Shown: positions 11,660 to 25,387, counted from the first letter of the stretch. The stretch: DNA of 64,000 nucleotides from Lama glama (GCA_028534125.1 CM052816.1:39744001-39808000); one strand, 5' to 3'. Made by a program: numbers and translations. Notes: generated from the letters alone by a model not told the origin.

Positions 11660-14127
11660 CAGAAATACAAAGGATCATAAGAGGCTAGTATAAGCAACTA
11701 TATGCCAACAAAAAGGAAAACCTGGAAGAAATGGACAATTTCTTTGAAAAGTACAATTTGCCAAGACTGAACCAGGAAGAAGTCAAAACTATGAACCAAT
11801 TACCAGTACTGAAATCAAATCAGTAATTTAAAAACTCCCAACAGACAAAAGTCCAGGACCAGATGGCTTCACATATCTGCAAATTCAACCAAACATTTAG
11901 AGAAGAATTAACACCTATCCTTCTGAAATGATTTGAAAAAACTGCAGAGGAAGGAACACTTCCAAACTCATTCTATGAGGCCATCATCACTCTCATACCA
12001 AAACCAGACAAAGATACCACAAAAAAAAAATTACAGGCCAATAATTTTTATATTAAACTGTGTGAATATAGATGCAAAAACCTCAACAAAATACTAGCAA
12101 ATTGACTCCAACAATGCATTAAAGGGGTCATACACCATGATCAAGTGGGATTTCTTTCCAGGGATGCAAGGATTTTTCAATATCTGCAAATCAATCAGTG
12201 TGATACACCAGATTAACAAATTGAATAAAAACCATATGATCATCTCAATAGATGCAGAAAAAGCTTCCAATAAAATTCAACATCCATTTATGATAAAAAC
12301 TCTCCAGAAAGTGGGCACTGAGGGAATATACCTCAACATAATAAAGGTCATATATGACAAACCCAAAGCTATCATCATACTTAATGGGGAAAAGCTGAAA
12401 GCATTTCCTCTAAGATTAGGAACAAGACAAGGATGCCCACTCTTGCAATTTTTATTCAACATCATTTTGGAAGTCCTAGCCACAGCAATCAGAAAATAAA
12501 AAAGAAATAAAAGGAATTTAAATTGGAAAAGAAGAAGTAAAACTCTCAATATTTGCAGAAGACATGATACTATACATAGAAAATCCTACCATAAGCTATC
12601 AGAAAACTACTAGAGCTCAGCAATGAATTTAGTAAAGTTGCAGGATACAAAATTAATATACAGATATCAGTTGCATTTCTATACACTAACAACAAAATGG
12701 CAGAAAAGGAAATTAATAAAACATTCCCATTTACCATCATATCAAAAACAAAAAACAAAAAACAAAAACCTACCTAAGAAGGCAAAGGACCTGTACTCCA
12801 AAAACTATAAGACATTGATGAAAGAAATTGAAGATGACACAAACAGCTGGAAAGATGTACCATGTTTTGGGATGGAAAAACCCAATATTGTTAAAATGGC
12901 CATACTACCCAAGGCAATACACAGATTTAATGCAATCTCTATCAAATTACCAATGACATTTTTCACAGAACTGGAACAAAAATGTTAAAATTGTATGGAA
13001 ACATAAAAGGCCCCCAACAGCCAAAGCAGTCTAGAGAAAGAAGAATGTAGCTGGGGGAATCACACTCCCTGACTTCAGATACATTACAAAGCTACAGTAA
13101 TCAAAACTGTATGGTACTGGTATAAAAACAGACACATAGATCACTGGAACAGGATAGAAAGTCCACAAATAAACCCACACACTTATGGTCAATTAATCTA
13201 CAACAAAGGAAGCAAGAATATACAATGGAGAAAAGACAGTCTCCTCAATAAGTAGTGCTCGGAAAACTGGACAGCAACATGTGAAAGAATGAAGTTAGAT
13301 CACTGTCTAACACCACACACACACACAAAGAAACAAACAAACCCAATGGATTGAAGACCTAAATATAAGGCTATAAATTTATATATGACTATGAGATATG
13401 ATAAAATTCCTGGAGGAGAACATACGCAGAACACTCTTTGACATAAACTGCAGCAATAATATTTTTGAACCAGCTCCTTACTCTCGAGTAATGGAAATAA
13501 AATAAAAAATAAACAAATGGGACCTAATTAATCTTAAAAGCTTTTGCACAAAACGAAAAGACAAGCTACAGAATGGGAGAAAATATTTGCAAATAATGCA
13601 ACTGAAAAGGGACTAATTTCCAAAATATACAAACCACTCATACAGTTTAATATAAAAAAAAAGTAACCCAATCAAAAAATGGGCAGAAGACCTAAACAGA
13701 CATCTATCCAAGAAGATATCAGATGGCCAACAGGTACATGAAAAGATGCTCAACATTGCTAATTATTAGAGAAATGCAAATCAAACCTACAGTGAGATAT
13801 CACCTAACACCAGTCAGAATGGCCATCATTCAAAAGTCCACTAATAACAAATGCTGGAGAGGCTGTGGAGAAAAGGGAGCCCTCCTACACTATCAGTGGG
13901 AATGTAAACTGGTGCAGCCACTATGGAGGACAGTATGGAGGTTCCTTAAAAAAACTAAAAATAGACTTACCATATCATCCAGCAATCCCATTTCTGGGCA
14001 TATATCTGGAGAAAACTATAATTCAAAAAGACATGTGCACCTCACTGTTCACAGCAGCACTATTTACAATAGCCCAGACATGGAAACAACCTATATGTCC
14101 ATCAACAGATGTATATATGTATGTGTG

Positions 14128-14173
<46 letters not shown>

Positions 14174-14640
14174 TGGAATACTACTCAGCCATAAAAAGGG
14201 AAAATAATGCCATTTGCAGCAACATGGATGGACCTGGAGATTGTCATTCTACATGAAATAAGCCATAAAGAGAAAGAAAAAATATCATATGATATCATTT
14301 TTATGCAGAATCTAAAGAAAAAGAAACAAATGAACTTATTTACAAAACAGAATCAGACTTACAGACATAGAGAACAAACTATGGTTACCAGGGGATAAAG
14401 GAGGTGGGAAGGGATAAACTGAAGTTTGAGATTTGCAGATACTATTATAAATAAAATAGGTAAACAACAAGGTCCTACTGTATAGCACAGGGAACTATAT
14501 CCAGTATCTTGTAGCAACCCATAATGAAAAAGAATATGAAAAGGAGTATATGTATGTATATGTATGACTGAAACATTATGCTGTATACCAGAAATTGATA
14601 CAACATTGTAAACTGACTACACTTCAAAGATATAAAAAAT
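11660..14640 (+). mobile_element. ~3-kb 5'-truncated LINE-1 (decayed ORF2 RT and C-terminal domains, 3'UTR, A-rich tail), Cetartiodactyla/camelid type
   Basis: ORFs 12137-12499 ([11 protein letters not shown]…[11 protein letters not shown]…GTRQGCPL), 12623-12988 and 13723-14256 ([10 protein letters not shown]…[10 protein letters not shown]) are L1 ORF2. Frameshifts and stops are present, and the catalytic FADD reads FAED (12552-12563). TSD tagaagcgttaa (11648-11659) vs tagaagtgttaa (14641-14652). Confidence 0.97.
14131..14170. repeat. (CA)20 microsatellite inside L1
   Basis: Pure ac repeat, seen directly. Confidence 0.97.
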
Positions 14641-16660
14641 TAGAAGTGTTAAAAATTTCAGCCCTTATCAAATAGCTAAATGCAATTGACAAACTCTCCT
14701 TATTAAAGGGATTATGTAATTTAGTTTCATAAACTGTGCCTCACGCTATTATTCAACATCCAAATACCTTTCTAGTTTATACTATTTATTTATTAATTAT
14801 ATTTTTTATATTTTAAGTCATTTCCAAATAAACATTGCCTTTTCTATGAACACAAACATTATGTCATACCATATTTGCATATATATTTTTATTCATCAGA
14901 AACTTGAGAACTGGTATTACTTATTAAAATAATCATTTAAAGAGCTCCAGACTAAGGCACTGGTTCTTAAAAGACAGTACTTTGGAATAAAAATTAAAGT
15001 ACCCTTCTCTCACTCTTTCCCCTCTTTGCCTGCCTTCCTTTGATTATTTTCCAAACTTAAAAGTTAAACTTGCAATTCAAATACTGTAAACAGATAATAT
15101 TAACAAAAATAACAAACACACTTATGAAACATTTCCTATTTTCTAAGCATCTAACATCGACCGAGCTGGAATGTATAAAATAAATGTTTTATGTAGAAAA
15201 GAAGAGAATGGGGTAGCGGGAGAAGAAAATTCCTTATTGTCTGAAGCACTGACTTCCAGATTATGGCAGATTCTAGGATCTGGAAATCACTGGAAAGATA
15301 CATTATTGACAATGCTATTGTTCAATTGTTTTCTTGCTTATTTTTTTGTCCGTTTAATTTACTAAGTAATATAAACTGTTAGATTATGAAATCACATCAC
15401 CATAATTCTTTTGTTTAAGGATAAGAAGGATAGTAGTGTCTGTCCAAAATATCTCTAATTTACAAATTAAAAATTGTTTCGAATCTAAATTCAAATAAAC
15501 TGTGTGAAAGTTTTCAAGCACTGAGGATGTTTTCAATATTTTTTTTGACCCTGAATTAGGTTAAGATGCTGAGCAAATCAGGCACTTTCATCAACACCAA
15601 TTGAGGAGTATCAAATTTGAGGCTTTAAACCTGATGCTTTAAATTTAAGGGCAGGAAATCCACCCTCTGTGATTTAACAACGCTGTGACAGTCACAATGC
15701 CATGCACAAGTCAAATTGCATAGGATGTGATCACTTGTAATGAAAAGTGCAAAGGAAGCAAGTTAATAAAATGGGAGAATGTTAGTAACTGAATATGTTT
15801 TAAATGCAATTCATCATTAGAAATATAAAATATGTATAAGAAAAGATCTAAAAAGGTATTCTTGTAAGAACTTCAGAGTTCTGATGCTGTAAAATGGAAT
15901 CTCCTTCATCCTATAACTTCCTTTATTTTGTATTAAAAGCTAGATGACTGGAATACAAGAACAACATAACAGAGCTTTTGGATCTGATTTAAATTGGAGG
16001 CTTCTTGTCTTGATTTGAATGAAGCAATCACATGAGCAGATCCAAACATCTTGAGGGGAAAAATAAAGTCTTCTTATATGAGGGTAGTACTTTTTCTTTC
16101 ATTTCCTTCTGTTCTGCAAAAGGTCTCACATGCATTACTCTACTGTAAAATTTTATACCCCTATAATCTACATACTCCCAGCTTCAAATCAAACAGCTAC
16201 CATCAGCAACTTTCTTCATCTTTAATAACAAATTTCACTTCAACTCGCTACTTGATTGGCTTAATGGAAAGTAAAAGATAGGTATCTGCTATACTCAATC
16301 TGAGAGATGAAAAGCTAAAAATTCTCACAAAATTCACAAAATGTCTTCCTTCAGAGCTTAGCTCCAAACACCTTTAGAGAATGTGTCTGCCACTATCTCC
16401 ATTTACATGTTACATAAATCTCTAACCAATCACTTTTTAACCTGAAAGTCTTTAGACCAATTCCATATAGCAGCAGGGAAGGTGACCAGTGTGATTAACA
16501 ACTTTCTGGTTCAGTTTCTTTGCTAGAGCAAGAAAATTGTTCAGATTCATCTTGGCCTCTTACCTTGATGTTTATTACAGCAGATGAGATTTCCCCTCCA
16601 GGCAACCACTGTGTTACTGCTCTTCATACTAAACTCATTTCCTGTTATACCTGTATTAAT

Positions 16661-16800
16661 CTTTCCCTTCTTTCTTCCTTCTTTCCTTCATTTCTCTCAC
16701 TCTACCCCTTCCCTCCCCTCTCTTTCCCCTTTCCCCCACTTCATCCTCCCTCTCTCCCTTCCTTCCTTCCTTTCTTCTTTCTTTTCCTTTTTATCTCTGC
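16661..16800. repeat. CT-rich low-complexity polypyrimidine tract
   Basis: About 140 nt, almost entirely C/T (ttcc/cttt units). Confidence 0.85.
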
Positions 16801-18249
16801 CAGCATTTAAAATTTCATGTTTAATATATCAAAATCTCAACCAGGTATACAATTATAATCTATGAAGTGATAATCTGTTTATTTTTAACGACTTTAATCT
16901 CAATATATCTATACATCTGGATTTAAGATTACACTCTGGAACCGTTGAAAAGCATTATAATAAATTCCATATATGAATGAACATCATGGAGTTCAAGCCA
17001 GATATTTTTGATATTGATGGTGACTAAATAAATGTTTTTACTGTATAAGTTTCATCATCAATGTTGGACCTATGATTTTAGGAGTAAAGTATAATTTTCT
17101 CATTTAAGCTATCTTAAGAAATAATGTAAGTAGACAAATAACTAGCGATGTTTTTGCTCTCCCCAGTCTAATTTTTAGTTTTTACATTAATTTAATTAAT
17201 ATGCCAAACTAAAAGCATCAGTTGTTCTTTCTACATTGTAATACTGAAGTCCCTGAACTGATGTTTCTATTTTCCTTACTTTTTTCATGAAATAACAGAG
17301 GGGTGTGTGAAAAAAATACACAAATCCAACAACAATAATAACCATGACAATAAGCCTTTAGAAGTGTTACTCATGATACTTCTGATTTGAATAAAAGCTT
17401 TATTCAACGTGAATTTTTATTTCTGTTAAGCGCTTTTTGTTACTTGTAAAGTAGCCCTGAAAAAAAATTTCAAGGACATATACACGAAAACATTGGTCTA
17501 ATATTTTCAAAAGTTAATCTTGTAGTGGAAATATTTCTACATATTTGAGTGATCCACCATCTGTCAAAAGAAGTTTGTTTATTTTTAAATAAATATGTGA
17601 CATTTAGAAAAATAACAAGCAGCTTAAAAAATGAAAAAGGAATTACAAGATCACTTGAAATCTCTTTACTCACAAACACAATGAGGCTTTTGTAAGCAAA
17701 ATTATAGACATTTCATTCTGCCTATAAAGAGCTACATATTAGATAGAGTGTAATGAAATGCACTTGGATTATACCTGCTTATAAAAATGAAAAAATACTC
17801 AGATGCATTACATTCCTCTGTTAGAAAAGAGTTTGGAGAAATGGCTGAATTTCAGGTAAGTACTTTCTTAACAGGAAATATGTATACACATCATACACCT
17901 CTAAAGATTAAAAGGATGGAAACAATAATATTTGATTTTTCTAAGTGCTAAATGTTAACATATTTAGATGTATCTATAAGTTTTATACTGTGAAATGGAG
18001 AAGACTGTGGAATTAACACCTCACATTCTCCTGCTTATACTACCCTGACTCCTAAAATAAATTATAATATCACTTTTACATTGTCAAAGTGTTAACACAT
18101 TCTTTTTTACATCCACAATCAGCACAGCTAATACTGAATTAACTCAGTATCCACCATTCGTTTGTGGTTGTTACTGTTGCAGTTGTTGTTGTCCTGTGTG
18201 GAGGTAACACATGATTTTTCTTGTTGTTTACAAAGTGTAATAACTTTAC

Positions 18250-19350
18250 TAGAATGTATCACGGCACTGATTATTTTTGTTTTTCACCTGAGAAATGCAG
18301 TGTCATTTCGGGATTTTGGAATCACTTTGATTATATCTTCGAAGACTTTCCTGTTTATCATGTTATTTTCATCAAGAAAAATAATAAATATTTTGGAAAA
18401 ATGTGTTGGTCTTTCAACAAAATACCTTAAGGAAAAAATTATTCTTGTCTGTTCAGTTTTGTCTAGTTTTGCCTTGTCTTCCCACAATGGTCATTTTAAT
18501 TCTTTTTTTGATGTTATTTCTTTTATACTGGGCTTCATTTCTGTAATATTTCTATTATCTGTTTAGTTTTATTCACTAAAAATTTGCAACTTCACTTTTT
18601 ATCTCCTTTGATTTCCTTACAATTTTCTCACTGCTTATAACTATCAATATATATTATGCTTTCTACAATTTTATTTTTATAGTATTGGTTGTTTGTTTAG
18701 ATATTTTTCCCTGAAATCTATTTGGTTGATTTTTCCTCTGAAGGATTATCTTCATGTTTCATTAATGCATGTTCCTTTTCTTCTTAAATATATCCATAGA
18801 CTTTGTGCCCCTTTCTAATTATTATCAATAGTTTAATGGAGGTAAGTACTAAGAAATAGGTTACGGGTGTTGGGTATTAAAGGAAACAGTTTGAATTCAA
18901 TTTGTTTCTAACCACCTACTCTCAACCGATTGGTTGTCTTTTAGCCTTTGAACAGACTTTTCCTCAGTTTTGGCTTTTAATGAGTCAATGACACCATCCA
19001 GCTTTCACATCACAGGCTCTGGAAATTAAAGTCTCTCCGTGCCCTCTGATTCTACTTTGCCTGACACTGGCAGTGTCCTTATGTAGGTAATTTAGGCTTC
19101 AGAGATCCAAAAGGAGGAGAAATTTTCGGTGTTTGCCTCAACCCCTGCCTTCTGATTTGTGACACTGGTCTCAATCTCTACATGTTTAGCTTGTTCTTTT
19201 CCACTGTATTTCCTCTTCCTATGAAGTAAATATGAGTCATTTGATGACAAATATTTCCTCATCCTATTATTTCTCCCTTCCCTTCTTTTCCTTTTTCTCT
19301 TTTTAATTTGTACACTTTGTTTTCTGTTGCCTCTGAGACAGGGCACTAGA
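18250..19350 (-). mobile_element. Possible very old L1/HAL1 5'/ORF1 region
   Basis: T-rich + strand with phrases resembling reverse L1 ORF1. No diagnostic motif was firmly recognised. Confidence 0.3.
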
Positions 19351-20319
19351 TCCCAGAAGTACTGTACTTAGAAGAAAAGAGGTGACTGTTCTGCTTGATC
19401 TCCACAGAGTTGTTTAAAATTGTGACATATTTGTCACATACGTTAAAATACACTGTGGTATGGATTGTCTTGGATATGCTATAGTTTGTTAGATAAAATT
19501 GTAACTCTTTCCTTTCTTCATCAAAGATAGAATTCTTCCCTTCTTTTAAACCTTTTTTTCCTCCATACATTACGGCAAAATGGAGTAAAAGTACCTTTAC
19601 TCTGCTGTCTTTAAGTGGGATTCTCTGTATGATTCATAATTAGTGCCTTTTTAAAAAGATATCTCAGAACTTTATTTTTCATCTTCTGTGCATGCAGGTA
19701 CTCATGCATTCCCACTAAAAGAGATTATAATCAGTGAGCAATAAAAAAATCAAATCTTTATTGTTCACTTTTGATAAGATTCATATCTTTAGAAATTTTC
19801 TTACTTTGATTTCTTCATCTCTTCCCCTCTTCCTTTCCTTCATATATCCTTTCTTCTCTTTTAAAGGAAAGTAAATGTAGAGAATAAAACATTTAATGAA
19901 ACATATGCAAATTCTTTAAATGATTTGTGCTACAGGTAGACTAATATCTGAATAGAAGTACTTTGAAATTTTTTTCTTGCAACAATGAATGGAAAAATTT
20001 TAAATTTACACATATCAAAGATATAATTAGATTTAGTACAAATACTTTGAATTCAACTTAAAAGAAGATTATTTCTATAGGACATTAGTAGAAGGACAGA
20101 ACAATAATATTATCCATACAGTAGGTGCAGTTATGAGACTAACATAACCACTGTTGTAGTATTATAATGATTTGTTGTTATTAATGTAGGTGGTGATGGC
20201 AGAAATGATTAATCAATTCAATTATCTGTCCTGATGACTCTTTGGATATGATTACTATTTTACTATCATTATAAGTGTACGTCATTACGTAAATAAAAAT
20301 AAAGTTTTACAAAGTAGGG

Positions 20320-20535
20320 TAGAAATCTATAAACTATGGCCTAAAAGCCAAATTTGGATGGCCACCTGCTTTTTTAAATAAAGTTTTACTGGAACATAGT
20401 CAAATGTAGTCACACACCCATTCATGTATGTATTAGGCTGCTGTATTACTACAACACAAAGTTGACTGGGTGTAATCATGATGTAACCCAAAGCTGAAAA
20501 CATACGGCTTGTTACAGAAGACTTCCTGACATCTC
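20320..20535 (+). mobile_element. MER58A-like hAT-Charlie MITE
   Basis: 'aaactatggcctaaaagccaaatttgg…ccacctgctttttt aaataaagttttactggaacatag…cccattcatgtatgtatt…ggctgct' follows the MER58A consensus. Confidence 0.85.
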
Positions 20536-20946
20536 TTAAGTTAGGGCATTACATTCATTACAAAGGATAATCCTTTGCTTTAAACCATATGTTCATTAAT
20601 CTTTTACATTCAGCTATATAATGCTGGAAAATTTAACTATGTTTGTGTATCATAATACTGCACCAAGGTATCTGAGAAAGGGTAAAGCCATTTCAATAAA
20701 TAAATGTTTTTATCTTAGTTAATAACTCATTTGTTAAAATAAAAAGAAACATAAGTTGGCAAAAATGCTGATACAGAGTGATTTAGTATTTCCCAGCTTT
20801 AGCCAAATTAATATGTTTCTTCATTAAATTAAATCATGAAAACTGACTTCTTTCAAATTTATTTCATAATCGAAGTAATTATCATTTTAAAATCTATGAC
20901 TAGATAGTTCATAGGCAATAGCAATTATAATCTCATACTTTATATG

Positions 20947-21010
20947 AAAACATTGTTCTGTACACCAGAAATTGCCACAACACTGTAAAATGATTATAAC
21001 TCAATAAAGA
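20947..21010 (+). mobile_element. Extreme 3' tip of a young camelid-type L1
   Basis: 'ctgtacaccagaaattgccacaacactgtaaaatgattataactcaataaa' matches the termini at 14581-14630 and 47305-47355. Confidence 0.85.
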
Positions 21011-21017
21011 AACCTAA

Positions 21018-21500
21018 TGTGTCAATTAGTGTTGTTTAGTTAAAAGCAATAGAAAACAACTATGGTTTACTTAAAAATAAAAGGAAATTATTCATAGAAT
21101 ATTGATTAGCTCACATAATGGATTACTATTCTAGGATATTTTGGTTAGAAAAAAACATGACAACCAAGATAGAAATCACACAATTGCAAGCGTCTAGAGA
21201 CAAAGAGATACTTAATCATATTTTCCAGTATCATCACTAAAATAAATAAATGAGTCCCAGTTTTTCCTTTAATGTTGAACCATTTCTCTTATGGTTCAAA
21301 AATACAAAGGCAAGAGAATTTAATTGGCAGAATTTAGGTACCACATCTGTCCTTGGCACCATGGTGCCATGGCAATATGAAAAAGAATTTAACAGTAAGA
21401 ATGTCTGGCAGGCACTTGAGTTTCATGGTGGCAAAACAGAACACTGTGCTTTATTATCTTACAAAGATGAGAGAAAATGAGTTAGATGCAGTTCCTCACA
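21018..21500 (-). mobile_element. Old MaLR/ERVL LTR fragment (MLT1K/L/O-like)
   Basis: 'tgtgtcaattagtg…agttaaaagcaatagaaaacaactatggtttacttaaaaataaaaggaaattatt' resembles the reverse end of old MLT1 LTRs. Confidence 0.45.
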
Positions 21501-21604
21501 TTAAAAACAAATGAAAAGTGACAGTATAAGAAAGAAATAAAATTCTGGGTGATCAAAATACTAATATTCACTTCTCACATTGATTGAAAAAATAAATTTA
21601 ACGT

Positions 21605-21945
21605 AGGTAGTGCTGCATGCTTGCTTTCTTTCCTGGCCACATAAGAAGACTGTATTTGCTAGACTCTATTCCCTACCAAATGTAAGTAGCACCAAATAGT
21701 GGATGTGGGTAGAGACACTGAACATTACAAGTCTAGATGCTAAGATATCCACCATGAACATCCACCTTCTCTCTCCTCTATCTAAGGAGCTGGAAGTGGA
21801 AGACTAGGAAGGAGATAGCAGAGACAAGGTAAGGAAGAAACCAACATCCAGAACACGTCATGGAGGAAAAAACTTATGAGAATAGTTGGACCAATATCAG
21901 ACTGTGCTTTGGTCAAGAAAGCAACCTTTGTTAAGCCACTGACTT
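21605..21945 (+). mobile_element. MLT1I/J-like LTR
   Basis: 'tttcctggccacataagaagactgtatttgc…gatagcagagacaag…aaggaagaaacc…cagactgtg…aaagcaacctttgttaagccactga'. Confidence 0.65.
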
Positions 21946-22039
21946 CCATTACTCATTTTAATTCCTACATAAAATTAATTATAATTGGAATTTGATTATA
22001 AGTAATGAATGTGGTCTATCGCTCATAGAAACTCTTATT

Positions 22040-22108
22040 TCCTTTCTCTTTCTCCCTCTCCCTCTCTCTCTCCTTCTCCTTTTCTCTCTCTCTCTTCCCT
22101 CTCTCTCC
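22040..22108. repeat. CT-rich simple repeat
   Basis: About 70 nt of uninterrupted pyrimidines. Confidence 0.9.
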
Positions 22109-22564
22109 AATAAACCATTGTGACCTGATTGTGTATAGAAAGGAAAAAATGTAAAACTCCCTAACTCCTATTTGGCACAAATTTTCATTGTTTTAATATA
22201 AGGTGTACTTCCCAATAGATACTATAAAGGTATTCACAGGGACACAAACTAGAATTTATCATGCTTATTGCTTATATATTGCATATATTTTTTATGACTT
22301 TAAACTTATTTCCCTGAAATTATTCTATGGATCACATATAAGACCTTTAAAGGTCCTGATGCTATAGTATCAATTTGGTATTTTCTAAGAAAATTGCATT
22401 ACCTTTAACCAAATTCAGAATATTTCATCATTACTTTTTTTTCTTTGAGATAGCTTCAGGGCTTCACGTGACGTTCTAACCAGTTACTTCTCCCCTTTGA
22501 ATTTCAATAGAAAAAATTTCTACCCTGTTCTTGACACTTATCTTATACTTCCCTGACTTGTAGT

Positions 22565-22685
22565 TTTGTTTGTTTAAGTCTTATCTGTACAACCAGACTG
22601 TAAGTACTTTAAGACAGCAATCATGTTTAAAGAATCTGCATGCCCTGTGTCACTTAACAGATACAACTAGTAAATTTTTGCAAAA
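22565..22685 (+). mobile_element. L2 3' end fragment
   Basis: 'ttgtttaagtcttatctg…accagactgtaagtactttaagacagcaatcatg' resembles the L2 terminus. Confidence 0.45.
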
Positions 22686-24416
22686 TGGTAATTGTTACAG
22701 CTCCAAAGAAACTCATGTGTATTTGCAGCCTTTGTTTGATCATTTTTCAACAAGCATATTTTAAATGAACCTGCATTCTGACACATGAGCTTGCTACAAA
22801 AATGAAATAGTTTGTTTATCTCTTTTTCTCCTTTCTTAGATCAATCGTCTCACCATTACTATGGAAAACTTGTTCAGTTATTTAATACTATTTACCTTTC
22901 CCATGGACACTTGCCTTGCTTCTATACCCAGAGTTCACCCAAATAATGCATTTAGCTATGACGTCAGCTATCACTGAAAAAGTTCTTTAAAATACAGATG
23001 AACAAAATTATTTACCTATTTTATTCCTGAATAATTCTATTGATTAGTGATTTGTTTTACTCTATCCCTAAGTATAAAGAATACATTATCAAATATTTAG
23101 TATTATTAAATATAACTATACAGGCACATTGTTAGAATTATTGGCACATTTTACCATTATGTGCTTTTAGTGATAAGAAAATGCATAGATTTATCTGAAG
23201 TAATGTTTTAGTGCTTTCCTAGGCAAACATATAAACAGAAGATTATCTTTGTTTTAATCATCAACTGCTAAAAACCTCTCTTGAAGTCTAATGTCTGAGT
23301 TTATGTCTACATATATCCTCTGGATATATAATACTCCTATTTACATTCCTGATAATTTTGCTAAATTAAGAATGAGTGATTTATTTTTGAGCATTTTACA
23401 AATGTGGTGCAGGGATAGCTATCACTCAGAAAACACAAATACACACACACATACATGCCATCCTTGGACATATCAATGTATAAAATGGCCAGCTAAGAGA
23501 CGGATTCATTTTAGAAAATCAGTATACAAAGTTACATCACTGATTTTAAAGAACAAGAGTCACATGCTTGAGGTTGACAGCCTCATTAGAAACCGTTTGA
23601 AACATATTCCTTTCTTCTAAGGAATATGGTTCAAAATCATGTACAGAAAATATGTTAGCACGTTTAAGACCTAGTTATAGTCAAAACAGTCAGTGTCATT
23701 TTATAATTATATAGAATCATGTTTCCATTTTCTTCCTATTAAAACTATCAGGAGTTGGATTTGTAAGGGAAAAAGAAGGTAGAGCATTATTGTGGAAAGA
23801 AATTAGTAAAAAGCTTTAAAATTACATTATCATTATCATCATCAACATCATCACACCAGAGATGAAAAACCACTGGCACTGCAAGAAGAAATAAACCACT
23901 CAGGTCAGCCACTTTGCCAGATTTAGGGAAGAATGGTAATAGGGTGAGATGGTTTAAGGTTAAAGATGAGATGGTTAATAGGTTTAGGATGGATGGATAT
24001 AGGCACAGCCTCTGTGTTGTACATGCAGTATCATATTTCCAACTTCCAAGTGACAAAAAGAAGCTAATTTTATCAAGTGAGGTTTTTTGGTTTCAGTCTT
24101 GACTTTTCTGATTCATATTTTAAGCTTCAAGTAGAAATCTGTATCAGAGATGAAAATGAAAAAAGTCTCCTGAGATAAAAAGTTATTCAGAGTCCCTATT
24201 TCAGGTTCTGCCCCAGAGATTTAGTCTTTCTGATTTGGACATTAAAAGCTCAGCTACCCACCAGGGGAGGCTGGCGATATTTTTGCTCCTGCCTGCAGCC
24301 CTAGCTTCCTCTGAGAAACAGCTGGTATCACTAAGTGATTAGCAAGGGACAAAATAAGAACTCCAATGAAATAAACTAAAGCCTTCTTTTTATTTCTGAT
24401 TTTTTTAAAAAAGACA

Positions 24417-24639
24417 TTTAATGGAATCTAAAAAATTAGACCAATGAATGAATGTAACAAAACAGAAACAGATCCACAGGTATGGAGAACACACTAGTGG
24501 TTATCAGTGGAAAGAGGGAAACGGAGAGGGGTAAGATTATTTTAGAATAACTTTAAATGGAGTATAATCAACACAAATACTGAATTATTATATTGTACAC
24601 CTGAAACTAATATAATAGTATAAATCAACTATACCTCAA
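24417..24639 (+). mobile_element. 5'-truncated, internally deleted L1 3' end (L1MA9/artiodactyl type) with TSD
   Basis: 'tggaatctaaaaaa…aacagaaacagatccacagg…ctagtggttatcagtgg…tgtacacctgaaactaatataatagtataaatcaactatacctcaat'. Flanking repeat tttttaaaaaagaca at 24402-24416 and 24640-24654. Confidence 0.9.
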
Positions 24640-25387
24640 TTTTTAAAAAAGACAATATATTACATTGGAAAACAAGGCCTCTATTAACTAAATCAGAGAA
24701 AAGAAGAAAGTATGTCAACCTCTGGTTTGTTTTACACTTCTTTCAGCCTTGAAATTTCTGAGTAGGTTAGTTGCTGCATTTGCCAAGGGTACTAGGTGGC
24801 AGCAAAGAAGTCTTCCTGTGGAGATTTCAAGTCATTTAAAAACAGTGACAGACAAATCAAAATCTCCTGATGGCAACAAAATGAACTGAGGCGGATCATT
24901 AGAATGTGCTGTATATTGATCCACTGCTGGATTACAGGCAGCGGTGAGGTCTGCAGTGAAAGGTGAGGACACTGGAAACACACTTCTCTTCCTATAGCCT
25001 GCTCACATTGGTCTGACTCAGTCAGATTTAGTTTATACATAAATTTTGTGTATAAAGTTATGACTTGACTAAGATGCTGTTACTAATGGAAATAAAGTAC
25101 AGAAATTTATAAACGATTTTCTTTTTATAATAAAAATAGAAGCAGTAAGTTCCCCCTCCTCCATTATGACTTTACTGCTTCTGGTAAGTATTACTTTCCC
25201 AACGATTTAGTCTAGCTTAATTAAAAAAAATTGGCACAGACATTTTTTAAATGTTCAGGTAAAAGTGTCTGACAAATAATGTTTTGCTTTTTCCTAGGTG
25301 GGGTTTATATGTCCTATTTTCTTTGTATCTTTGTTTTGCATTACTTACTATATATTCAGGGTGCTCTTTTCTCTTTCTTTGCATTAA

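Noticed and set aside
12137..14256. Reverse transcriptase 'gene' or retron-like system
   Set aside because: It is a fragmented LINE-1 ORF2 with frameshifts, a mutated catalytic motif, a 3'UTR and a TSD.
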